Assembly: GCA_903889265.1 (NCBI GenBank)
Contig: CAISWS010000147.1
Coordinates: 5,990-69,989, forward strand
Reading direction: 5' to 3'
Origin: an uncultured Bacteroidota bacterium
GTDB taxonomy: Bacteria > Bacteroidota > Bacteroidia > Chitinophagales > LD1
Length of the DNA: 64,000 bases
In this document: one piece after another, positions 9,322 to 18,247 of the stretch
Position numbering within the stretch: the stretch's first letter is position 1
Layout: each line of letters opens with the position of its first letter
The notes under the pieces: model-generated
The model's input: the letters and a program-made list of their open reading frames with translations, nothing else
Databases searched by the model: none
Told to the model about the DNA's origin: nothing
Position numbers and translations under genes: made by a program

Positions 9322-12300
9322 CTACCTTAATAACGTTACTGTTCCGTTCTTAGTTTGCTGTGTATCATCTAAAAAAGTAACCACTGCCTCATAGGTGTAA
9401 ACGCCTCCGTTTTGCATGACCCCTTTATAAGTGCCATCCCAGCCAGCCATGGAGTTGGTAGTTTCATAAACCTTTTCGCCCCAGCGGTTAAATATTTTAA
9501 GGCTGATAGTTTTTATATCCCCGCCATAAATCTGAAACAAATCATTATTCCCATCTCCGTTTGGCGAAAATGCATTGGGGAAAAAGGCCGTAAGGTGTGG
9601 CTCCACAATAACTGAAAGGTACGCGGTATCGTAACATGTTGCAGGGCCGTTTTCAACACTAACCACAAGCATATATTGCCCTGTTGTATAAGGGCTTACA
9701 ACAGGGTTAGGGCAATCAACACAACTTAGCCCCACTGAGGGTGTCCAGTTATAGGTTGGATTATTGGCATTCTGGCAGGTTACCAAAACAGACTCGCTGT
9801 GGCCTAAGGGAAGCGTAACATTATCGGGGGTAATGTCAATAACAATTGGTGGCGGCTGTGGAACTACAAAAGGTATGGAATCCTTACACCCATTGCCATT
9901 GGTGGCAATAATAAAATGGGACCCGGCAGAGAGTTTCTGGAAATACCCGGTATCCTGCAAGACATATCCATCCAACAGGAAGTTGTAAGGGCCGTTTTGC
10001 GTTGTATATGGTGTAACTAAAGCTGCTCCATCGCTATAGTTGGGGCCGTAACATAAAGTGGAATCAACCAGGGTGGAAAAGCTATCCGGTATTGCAGGGG
10101 GTATATCCACCGAGGCTTGTATAATGCACCCAACGCTGTCGCTTATCCTGATATTATAGTATCCGGTATCAAGCCCTTCAAGAATTCCGTTTGTGGCATT
10201 GATGAAGTTGACGCTATCCTGTGTGGCACTGAAATCGTAAGGAGGAACGCCGCCCGAAGGAAAAATAAAAGCGGTGCCACTGTGCTGGCCAGCGCATTTT
10301 ACAGCAGTTACCGAGTCTGTAATGTGGATTTGGGATGGTTGCCCAACAGAATCACTGATGGTCAGCATGCACCCCAATGCATCCTGTATAGTACAACTGT
10401 AAGGCCCCAAAGCAAGGTTACCATCTACCTGTGTTGTGGCGCCATTTGACCATATAAAAGTATATGGCGCTGTGCCACCGGATGGATTGGCATCAATAGA
10501 GCCATCAGTGCCGGAGAAGCATTTGGCGTTTTGGGTAACAGGCACAGAAACTAAAGGATCTGGCTGGGTTAGCAGGAAAGATTGGGTTACAGTGCAAAGA
10601 TTGGTATCGGTTACGGTAAGATTGTAGTTGCCTGCGGTAAGGCCGCTGTCAATTAAGCCGGTTTGCAGATTATTCCATTTAAAAACATACCCCGGTGTGC
10701 CCCCGGTAACACTAGCTGAAATGTAACCATTGTTACCCGCGCTGCAAGAAATTTCACCCAGGCTAAGCTGATGAATAACCAATGGCTGTGGCTGGGTTAT
10801 GTTAACCAGGCTCTCGCCCCGGCAATTATCAGAGTCTATTACAATCAGGTCTACAAGGCCGGCAGTTAAATTATTATAGGATGAATCGGTACCAGCTGTG
10901 TTATCCCACATAAACCGGTAGGGAGGCTTGCCGCTTAATATGGAAACAGAAATGCTTCCATTACTGCCATTGGCGCATGAAACGTTGATTGAGTCGTACG
11001 TATAAATCAGCTGAGGCACTGCAGAAATTGAGTAGGATGCTGTAACACTACAGCCATGCGCATCAGTAATAGTGACGGCATATATATCCGCCGACAGATT
11101 ACTGATTGTTTGCGTGCTGTATGTTTGGCCCGAGGATTGTTGTACCCAACTGTAAGTATATGCCGGAGTTCCACCTGATGGATTAGCGGTAATTGACCCG
11201 GTTGTTCCGCCGGCGCATCCGATGTTGAGGATATCGGGAGTGCCGGGTAAAAGAATACCTGGCTGGGCAATAGTATAATCTACTAAAAGCAGGCAACTGT
11301 TGCTATCTGAAATACTGAGGTAATAAATACCGGCAGTAAGGTTTGAGTCGTTCTGGCTGGTATTACCGTTACTCCAGATGTAATGGTAAGGCGGAATGCC
11401 ACCCGCATCTGTAATAGTTACGCTGCCATTGTTTCCACCTGCGCATGAAACATTTGCGATAGTAATGCTGCTAACCGAAATAGGTGTGGCTTCGAAAATA
11501 ACAAACTGTGACGACACGGTGCAGCCCGCTGAATCAGTAACTGTAACCGAATATAGTCCGCCCGGTAATCCTGTAATGGAGGATGTGGTAACTGAAGAAT
11601 TGCTACTCCATCCATAAGTGTAAGCACCGGTGCCTCCATGAGTATAAACCTGCGCCTGCCCGTTAGTGCCGGCACAAATAACATCGTTATGAATGATGGA
11701 GTCAATGACCAGTTGAGATGGGGTTTTTACCAGGTAGCTAGTGGTATCCGTACAGCCATTGCCATCGGTAACAGTTAGCTGGTAGGTACCTGCCGCAAGG
11801 TTATTGATGGCCTGGCCCGTAAGCTGAGTGCCGGCGGTTACGTTGGTCCACGTATAGGTCAGGTTTCCTACACCCCCGCTGGCATTGGCAACAATAGTGC
11901 CGTTGGTATTTCCATAGCAAACAATATTGGTAATTGCCGGCGCATGCAGGTTTATACCATTTGCAGGTTGCGTAACCGTATAAATGGCTGAAGCCGAACA
12001 ACCCAGGCTATCGGTTGCTGTAACGGTGTAGCTGGCCGCTGATAAGGCAGTATCCTGCGCACCCACCTCGCCGTTTGACCATTGAAAAGTAACCGTGCCA
12101 TTAAAGCCCGCACCGGCACTAACTACTATAGAGCCATTGTTTCCGCCAATACAGGTAACATTGGTTATGGAAACCTGATTGACTGCGGCTGCGGCTGGCT
12201 GAGTAAGTGTAAATGAGGCACTGGCTGAACAGCTATTAGCATCGCTTACGGTAACGTTATATGAGGCTGCACATAAGTTGATAGCAGTTTGGGATAGTTG

Positions 12301-13695
12301 TACGGGGTTGGTATTCCATAAATAATTATAAGGCCCTCCGGTGCCGCCGGTATCAATTGTTGCAATTGTTCCATTGCAGGCCCCGTGGCAAGCCGGGTTG
12401 GTTAAAGTGGCAGATATACCTACGGGGTTTGGCTGTATGATAGTAAATGAATCAATACGAACACAACCAGTTCCATCTCCGGCAGAAAATGAATAGGTAC
12501 CTGGAGAAAGATTGTGAAGAGATAGTGCAGTTGAACCGGTGGACCAGCCATAAGTGACAGGGGGCGTTCCGCCACTTACATGTGCATACGCACTTCCGTT
12601 ATTAAGCCCGAAGCAGGTAACATCTGGTGTTGAATCCAAGCCTGCATTTAAGGTGCCTGAAAGTGCAACAGTTATGGTATCGGCAACCGTTACCGGCACC
12701 CCGCCACTGCAGGGTATATAAACAGCCTGTGCGTTATAGGTTGTGGTTGTTCCGGGGCAAACCTGCACAACGCTATCAGTACTTATTTGCGTGGTGCCCT
12801 TGTACCAGGTAACAGAAACAATAGATGGCCCATTGGGGGTAAACCGCCATGCATCGTTGTAGGCCGTCCATTCGGTTGCATTTCTGCCGGGCACTGTAAA
12901 TGCCACTGTTGCAGAGTTATTTTCGATACCCTCAACGGCTTTACCGCTGTTCCATTTATGAAGCACATCCTTTGACTCTATATAAACTTCAATTACGTTG
13001 GTGGTTTCGTATAATACTATCTGGCTGGTTCCAAATAAAGCAACGTTGGTATCGCAACTGGCGCAATTGCTGTTGGGGTCGCCGTAATAGCCACATCTGT
13101 CCCATGACACTACAAAGATACGGCATGGCGCAGCCCCAATAATCTGATAATAAATATTACCCTGGTGTGTTGGGTCAATATCTTCCCAAGGACCCATGAT
13201 GGCGTTATTTATTTCAGAACTTATATCCGATGCAGTTGGAATGGGATTTGAAATAGGCCAGGGATTATATAACCCTGCATTAGCCGTGTTAAACGAAACC
13301 TCGCCGTTTGAACCAATGATTAGCTTGTCATAAACCGTATCGAAAAAGCAAAATTTAAAAGGAAGATTAACCACCCCTGACCAAAGGTCATCGGTATGTA
13401 CTAACACATCAGTACCCGTAGTGTAGGAGAATGGATTATATTGAATTTGTGAAACTGCGTAACTATTGGCAGCACCTGCATCAAAGGGAATTGCTGTTAA
13501 ATTGGCACAACTTGTACCGCATGGCAATTGCAGCGTACCTCCGTTAACAATGGCTGTGCCGTTATTAGCCACAGATACTGCCGGGCAACCCGGCTGGGCA
13601 TCTGCGCATAAGCAAAAAAACAACATTATTGCCGTTAGTAAAGCCTGATGGATGGAAAGTAAAAATGGGGAGGAATTGCCGTGCCGCAGCTTCAT
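9322..13695 (-). CDS. Giant SprB-repeat surface protein with T9SS type B (gliding-motility-associated) C-terminal domain
   Basis: 1457 aa. About a dozen CxGxxNG[ST]I ... GG.PPY.Y.W units (SprB-repeat pattern). C-terminus FFPNAFSPNGDGNNDLFQIYG...GVYTYEAVVTF...TVTLLR matches the type B sorting domain. Confidence 0.85.
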   Translation of the reverse strand: MKLRHGNSSPFLLSIHQALLTAIMLFFCLCADAQPGCPAVSVANNGTAIVNGGTLQLPCGTSCANLTAIPFDAGAANSYAVSQIQYNPFSYTTGTDVLVHTDDLWSGVVNLPFKFCFFDTVYDKLIIGSNGEVSFNTANAGLYNPWPISNPIPTASDISSEINNAIMGPWEDIDPTHQGNIYYQIIGAAPCRIFVVSWDRCGYYGDPNSNCASCDTNVALFGTSQIVLYETTNVIEVYIESKDVLHKWNSGKAVEGIENNSATVAFTVPGRNATEWTAYNDAWRFTPNGPSIVSVTWYKGTTQISTDSVVQVCPGTTTTYNAQAVYIPCSGGVPVTVADTITVALSGTLNAGLDSTPDVTCFGLNNGSAYAHVSGGTPPVTYGWSTGSTALSLHNLSPGTYSFSAGDGTGCVRIDSFTIIQPNPVGISATLTNPACHGACNGTIATIDTGGTGGPYNYLWNTNPVQLSQTAINLCAASYNVTVSDANSCSASASFTLTQPAAAAVNQVSITNVTCIGGNNGSIVVSAGAGFNGTVTFQWSNGEVGAQDTALSAASYTVTATDSLGCSASAIYTVTQPANGINLHAPAITNIVCYGNTNGTIVANASGGVGNLTYTWTNVTAGTQLTGQAINNLAAGTYQLTVTDGNGCTDTTSYLVKTPSQLVIDSIIHNDVICAGTNGQAQVYTHGGTGAYTYGWSSNSSVTTSSITGLPGGLYSVTVTDSAGCTVSSQFVIFEATPISVSSITIANVSCAGGNNGSVTITDAGGIPPYHYIWSNGNTSQNDSNLTAGIYYLSISDSNSCLLLVDYTIAQPGILLPGTPDILNIGCAGGTTGSITANPSGGTPAYTYSWVQQSSGQTYSTQTISNLSADIYAVTITDAHGCSVTASYSISAVPQLIYTYDSINVSCANGSNGSISVSILSGKPPYRFMWDNTAGTDSSYNNLTAGLVDLIVIDSDNCRGESLVNITQPQPLVIHQLSLGEISCSAGNNGYISASVTGGTPGYVFKWNNLQTGLIDSGLTAGNYNLTVTDTNLCTVTQSFLLTQPDPLVSVPVTQNAKCFSGTDGSIDANPSGGTAPYTFIWSNGATTQVDGNLALGPYSCTIQDALGCMLTISDSVGQPSQIHITDSVTAVKCAGQHSGTAFIFPSGGVPPYDFSATQDSVNFINATNGILEGLDTGYYNIRISDSVGCIIQASVDIPPAIPDSFSTLVDSTLCYGPNYSDGAALVTPYTTQNGPYNFLLDGYVLQDTGYFQKLSAGSHFIIATNGNGCKDSIPFVVPQPPPIVIDITPDNVTLPLGHSESVLVTCQNANNPTYNWTPSVGLSCVDCPNPVVSPYTTGQYMLVVSVENGPATCYDTAYLSVIVEPHLTAFFPNAFSPNGDGNNDLFQIYGGDIKTISLKIFNRWGEKVYETTNSMAGWDGTYKGVMQNGGVYTYEAVVTFLDDTQQTKNGTVTLLR

Positions 13696-13941
13696 AATAC
13701 TTTAGATGAAAAAAGATGGTTCAGGGTTGTTTACTATTTGGTAATAAAAATTTAATCGTTTGTATAAAGCTACACAAAACGAATCGGTTTTTGACGATTA
13801 AATTTTACGAAGTGGTAATTATTTTGAAAAAACTAACCCAAGCGGGGTTATGCCAGGAACAGTGTTACAGATAAAAAAGTTTATCCTTTTAATGCCCATG
13901 TATTAAACCCTGATTTTTAAACTAAAAGATGAGCAACATTA

Positions 13942-15564
13942 CTACTGGCCGTTTTTAACCAGGCGCAGTGTAGTTAAATTTTGCCCATTTCGCACCTCAA
14001 CCAGGTAAACTCCTGAGGAAATTTGGAGAACAGGAAACTGTATCACCGGGCTAACAGGCTGCATTTGTTGCGTTTGTATCAACCTTCCGGTAATATCCAT
14101 CAGGCTTATGCTATAGTCTTCTCCCGATTTAAAGCCACTTAAAGTAAAGTTATCAAGGCAGGGGTTGGGAAATAGTGTAATCGCTTCTGTTTTACCTGGT
14201 TCGTTAATTGCAGCGGGCACATCAGTATAAAACCAGAGCTGCTGCCCACTCATAGTATCGTACGAGGCGCTAAAAACAAGATCATTATTAAACAAGGTAA
14301 ACCCATTGGTTGCCGCCAAAGGATTTAACGCTACACCGGATAGTATCAGGGCCTGTGTCCCGGCAGGCGTACCATCAGTAACCAGCATTTGTGCACCGTT
14401 AATTGAATCAGGCGTTGCAATAAAATAAAGGTTGTTATGGTAAATAGTGAAATAAGCAGGGCTTGAACTGTTACTGCCCGCGTTAATATCATCGAAAAGG
14501 AGGGTGCCTGCACTGGTGCCATCGGTAGACCATAATTCGGTTCCATGCAGGCTATCAGTAGCCTGAAAAAATAACTTGTTTTGATAAAGCTGAAAACCTT
14601 GCGGATAGGAACCTGTTGAACCCGGGTAAATATCTGCTACCAGCTGGGTTACACCTCCTGCACCTGTGGTGCTCCACAATTCAGGGCCATGGGTTCCGTC
14701 GTTAGCCTGGAACAGGAGCTTGTTACCCAATACGGCAAAATTTTGCGGGTCAGAGCTTTGATAGCCGGGAAAAATATCCTGCACCAGTTGGGTACCTGCG
14801 CCTGTGCCATCCGTTACCCATAATTCGGTGCCGTGCGCGCTGTCGGTTGCACTGAAATAGAGCTTACCATCAAAAACTGTAAGGTTAGAAGGGCTGGAAC
14901 CAATTGAATCCGTTCCGATTTTTTTTACCAGATTGGTGCCCGCCGGGGTGCCGTCTGTAACCCATAGCTCGGGCCCGGTAGCGCCGTTATTGGCAACAAA
15001 AAATAGTTTGTTATTAAAAATGGTAAAATTAGAAGGGAATGAAGCAGCAACACCGGGATTAATATCATCCAATAACTGTGTTCCGTTTAAAGTTCCGTCA
15101 CTGACCCAAAGTTCGGAGCCATGCGCACTGTCATCTGCCTGAAAATAGAGCTTCCCGTTAAAAACAAACAGGTTTTGAGGAAGCGAGGGGTTTTGACCCG
15201 GGTAGATATCTTTAACCAGGTATACGGTATCGCCATTTATCGCCCAAAGTTCTTGTCCATGCACGCTGTCGTTGGCTTGAAAAAACAATAAATTACTATC
15301 CACTGCAAAAGATTGAGGAAACGAACTACCAGGGCCGGGGAAAATATCTGCCAGCAACTGGCCGGTGCTTCCATCGGTAGACCAGGGCTCATAGCCATTG
15401 GCGCTATCGGTAGCCGAAAAAATTAGTTTACTGTCAAATAAGGTAAGCCCGGTAGGGAAAGAGCCCATCCCATAAGGATTTATAACAAACTCACTAAACT
15501 GTTGTGCATTGGCAAAACGCGCCATTAATAACAAAACAAAAACCGGTAAACACCTTTTATTCAT
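13942..15564 (-). CDS. ELWxxDGT-repeat protein with T9SS type A C-terminal sorting domain
   Basis: Signal peptide. About 9 repeats of HG.ELW.TDGT.AGT.LV.DI. C-terminus LFPNPCLDNFTLSG...GVYLVEVRNGQ...LRLVKNGQ. Confidence 0.85.
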   Translation of the reverse strand: MNKRCLPVFVLLLMARFANAQQFSEFVINPYGMGSFPTGLTLFDSKLIFSATDSANGYEPWSTDGSTGQLLADIFPGPGSSFPQSFAVDSNLLFFQANDSVHGQELWAINGDTVYLVKDIYPGQNPSLPQNLFVFNGKLYFQADDSAHGSELWVSDGTLNGTQLLDDINPGVAASFPSNFTIFNNKLFFVANNGATGPELWVTDGTPAGTNLVKKIGTDSIGSSPSNLTVFDGKLYFSATDSAHGTELWVTDGTGAGTQLVQDIFPGYQSSDPQNFAVLGNKLLFQANDGTHGPELWSTTGAGGVTQLVADIYPGSTGSYPQGFQLYQNKLFFQATDSLHGTELWSTDGTSAGTLLFDDINAGSNSSSPAYFTIYHNNLYFIATPDSINGAQMLVTDGTPAGTQALILSGVALNPLAATNGFTLFNNDLVFSASYDTMSGQQLWFYTDVPAAINEPGKTEAITLFPNPCLDNFTLSGFKSGEDYSISLMDITGRLIQTQQMQPVSPVIQFPVLQISSGVYLVEVRNGQNLTTLRLVKNGQ

Positions 15565-15664
15565 GGTAAATCATTTCAAGGCAAATGTAACGGCATTTAT
15601 AAATGAATATTGAGCGGGGGCAAAAATTAAATTTTAAAACGAGGTTGGCATTGCATTTATATTG

Positions 15665-16995
15665 CTACTGCGCCACTACTTTTCTCAACAACCGATACAA
15701 AGGATAACCGGCTAAAAATATGATACATCCGTACAATGCTGATTGGGTATCGGATATCAGAACATTGAACATAACTATCAGTAGCACCAGCATAAACAAT
15801 AAAGGCACCCATGGGTAAAACCGGAGTTTGAAAATTTCTTTATTACCGCTTTGGCCATCCGCATTAGCCCTTTTTCGGAAAATGAAAATAGTGGCGGCAG
15901 CGGATACCAGCGAGAGGCTATCAATAAACATGACGTAATTGACAATCTTTTCGAAAGTGCCGAGCAGCACCAGCGATATGAGCATGAGGGCAACAAAAAA
16001 TGAAAGGCCAAACTCCTGGGTCATGGTTTTTTCGTTTAGTTTTTTAAAGACCAGGGGGAGTATATTGTCTTCGGCCATGGCGTAATAAATACGGGGGTTA
16101 CTCATCAGCGAGGTATTAATAAACCCCAGCACCGAAATAAAAATGGCGAGTGAAGCAAGCGTGTATCCCATGGGGCCGAAGAAAGACCCTGCCAGCTCTG
16201 CGGCCAATAGTTTAGAGTGTTGCACGTTTTCAAAACCCAGCACACTGTAATAGGCAAAATTGATAGTGAGGTATAATGCAATAACAATACCTATACCTGC
16301 AAAAATAGCCCTGGGCATATTACGTGCAGGTTGCCGGATATCGGCGCCAAAGTTGATGGTGTTCTGATAGCCACCATAGGTAAAAAAGATGGAAATTAAA
16401 CTTACGCCCAAGGCCTTTATAAAACCGAAGCCTCCCTGAGCCTCAGCCAAAACAGGTTTTGCTAAAACATGGTGAGGCCCGAACAGAGCGCAGCAAAAAA
16501 CTATGAGCATGGCTATTTTAACCAGGCTAAGAATATTTTGTGTGCGGGCACCCATTTTATTCCCAGAAAATTTAAGGCGTATAGAACAAGTATGGCGGCA
16601 ACAGCGGTAAGTTTTATACCCATGTTGTTTTGCCATGCTAACGGCAGCAAAACGGGATTAATATACTCGGCCCCAACAATTGCTACCCCTACTGCGCTGG
16701 CCGCATTAATAATAACCAGCGACCAGTTAAGCATAAACGCATATGCAGGATGATAGCAATAAGAGAAGATTTTATAAAACCCACCCGCTGTTGGAAACCG
16801 CGAGCCTATTTCAGCAAAGGTAAGTGCGCCACAAATAGTGATAACACCTCCCAAAATCCATGCTGTAAAAAACACCGTGGGTGTGCCTGCTTTTTGCGCT
16901 ACAATGGCCGGGCTGCGAAAAATACCAATGCCAATAACCAAACTGACAATAATCATGGTAAGGTCAAAAAGGCCGAGTTTTGGTTTTATGCTCAC
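15665..16995 (-). pseudogene. APC-superfamily amino acid permease interrupted by a 1-nt frameshift
   Basis: Track ORFs 16513-17082 (N-terminal TM1-4: GIGIFRSPAIVAQKAG...) and 15665-16636 (rest of the permease) overlap in different frames. The frames would join as ...LNFLGIK-MGARTQNILSLVK... if the A4 run (T run 16555-16558 on +) were A5. The likely start is GTG at 16993-16995. Confidence 0.7.
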
Positions 16996-17136
16996 GCAGT
17001 GGCAAGGTTTGGTTGATATGTCCGAAAATACATCAAATAATTTCCTTACAGGGTTTTGGCACTTGCACCGCACTGAATTCAATTCAGAGTTTCTATCTTC
17101 GGATTATTCATTAGAAGGATTCAAAATTAATCAGAA

Positions 17137-18048
17137 ATGCAGCAGCCATTGTGGGGTATTGACTTAGGCGGAACTAAAATAGAAGGCGCCATTCTTCCAT
17201 CGCTTAACAAGCATGAACCTCTGTTACGAATCAGGGTAAACACAGAATCGAAACTGGGATATGAGCATATCTTAAAGCAAATTCGGTTGCTGGTTGAAGA
17301 AATGAAAACGCAGTCGGGGCTTAGTCCAACCACCATAGGCATTGGAACTCCGGGTGCAATGGAGCCCAGCACCGGCCTTATGAAAAACTGTAACAGCACC
17401 GCGCTTATAGGCAAGCCATTTAAAAAAGATATTGAAGCACTCTTAAAAATACCGGTTACCCTGGCTAACGATGCCAATTGTTTTGCGCTGGCAGAAACCC
17501 ATTGGGGTGTGGTAAAACAGCGCTTCCCTGATGCTCGCATGGTTTTTGGTATTATTATGGGTACCGGTGTTGGAGGAGGAATAGTTATTGACGGAAAAGT
17601 ATGGGACGGACACCACAGTATTGGCGGCGAATGGGGACATAATTTTTTAGATGCCTCGGGCGGTAAATGCTATTGCGGACGGGAGGGTTGCGTTGAAACC
17701 GTTATTTCGGGACCTGCGTTGGAAAAATATTACCTGGGCCTTAGCAGTAACGTTTTAAAGCTGCATGATATTTATGCCGCTTCTGAAACTGGCAAGGATG
17801 CAGCCGCCATACAAACCATGGAGCGCCTCTGCTTCTTTTTTGGTAAGGCAGTATCCGTGGTAACCAATATACTTGATCCGGATGTTATAGTAATAGGTGG
17901 CGGCGTAGGCAACATAGACCTGATTTATAAAAACGGGGTTGAAAGCCTGAAGCAGTTTATTTTTAATCCTATTGTAACGGTTCCGGTATTAAAACCGGAG
18001 TTGGGAGATAGTGCGGGTGTATTTGGTGCGGCAGCGCTGGTGGCCTGA
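17137..18048 (+). CDS. ROK-family sugar kinase (NagK-like N-acetylglucosamine kinase)
   Basis: N-terminal DLGGTK, DANCFALAE, GTGVGGG, the ROK zinc motif CYCGREGCVE, and GEWGH. Confidence 0.85.
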   Translation: MQQPLWGIDLGGTKIEGAILPSLNKHEPLLRIRVNTESKLGYEHILKQIRLLVEEMKTQSGLSPTTIGIGTPGAMEPSTGLMKNCNSTALIGKPFKKDIEALLKIPVTLANDANCFALAETHWGVVKQRFPDARMVFGIIMGTGVGGGIVIDGKVWDGHHSIGGEWGHNFLDASGGKCYCGREGCVETVISGPALEKYYLGLSSNVLKLHDIYAASETGKDAAAIQTMERLCFFFGKAVSVVTNILDPDVIVIGGGVGNIDLIYKNGVESLKQFIFNPIVTVPVLKPELGDSAGVFGAAALVA

Positions 18049-18247
18049 AAATCTAACCAGTTTTTCTTTGGCTCCGGGCAGTCAAGGTTAATTTTAACAT
18101 TGGTTTCAAATCAACCTTCGTATTCATTTACAACACGTTACAAGGTAATGGCTTAAATTGCTTTTCTTCGTGGCAAAAATTAAACCCGGGCAACCGAATT
18201 TTATTAAATCCGTTGCCGGTTAAAAGCCCCTATGCCTTAGTTGCGTA

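Noticed and set aside
17127-17540. 137-aa minus-strand ORF, together with 17443-17640.
   Set aside because: It is antisense to the ROK kinase gene and I recognise no family. This is a typical shadow ORF.
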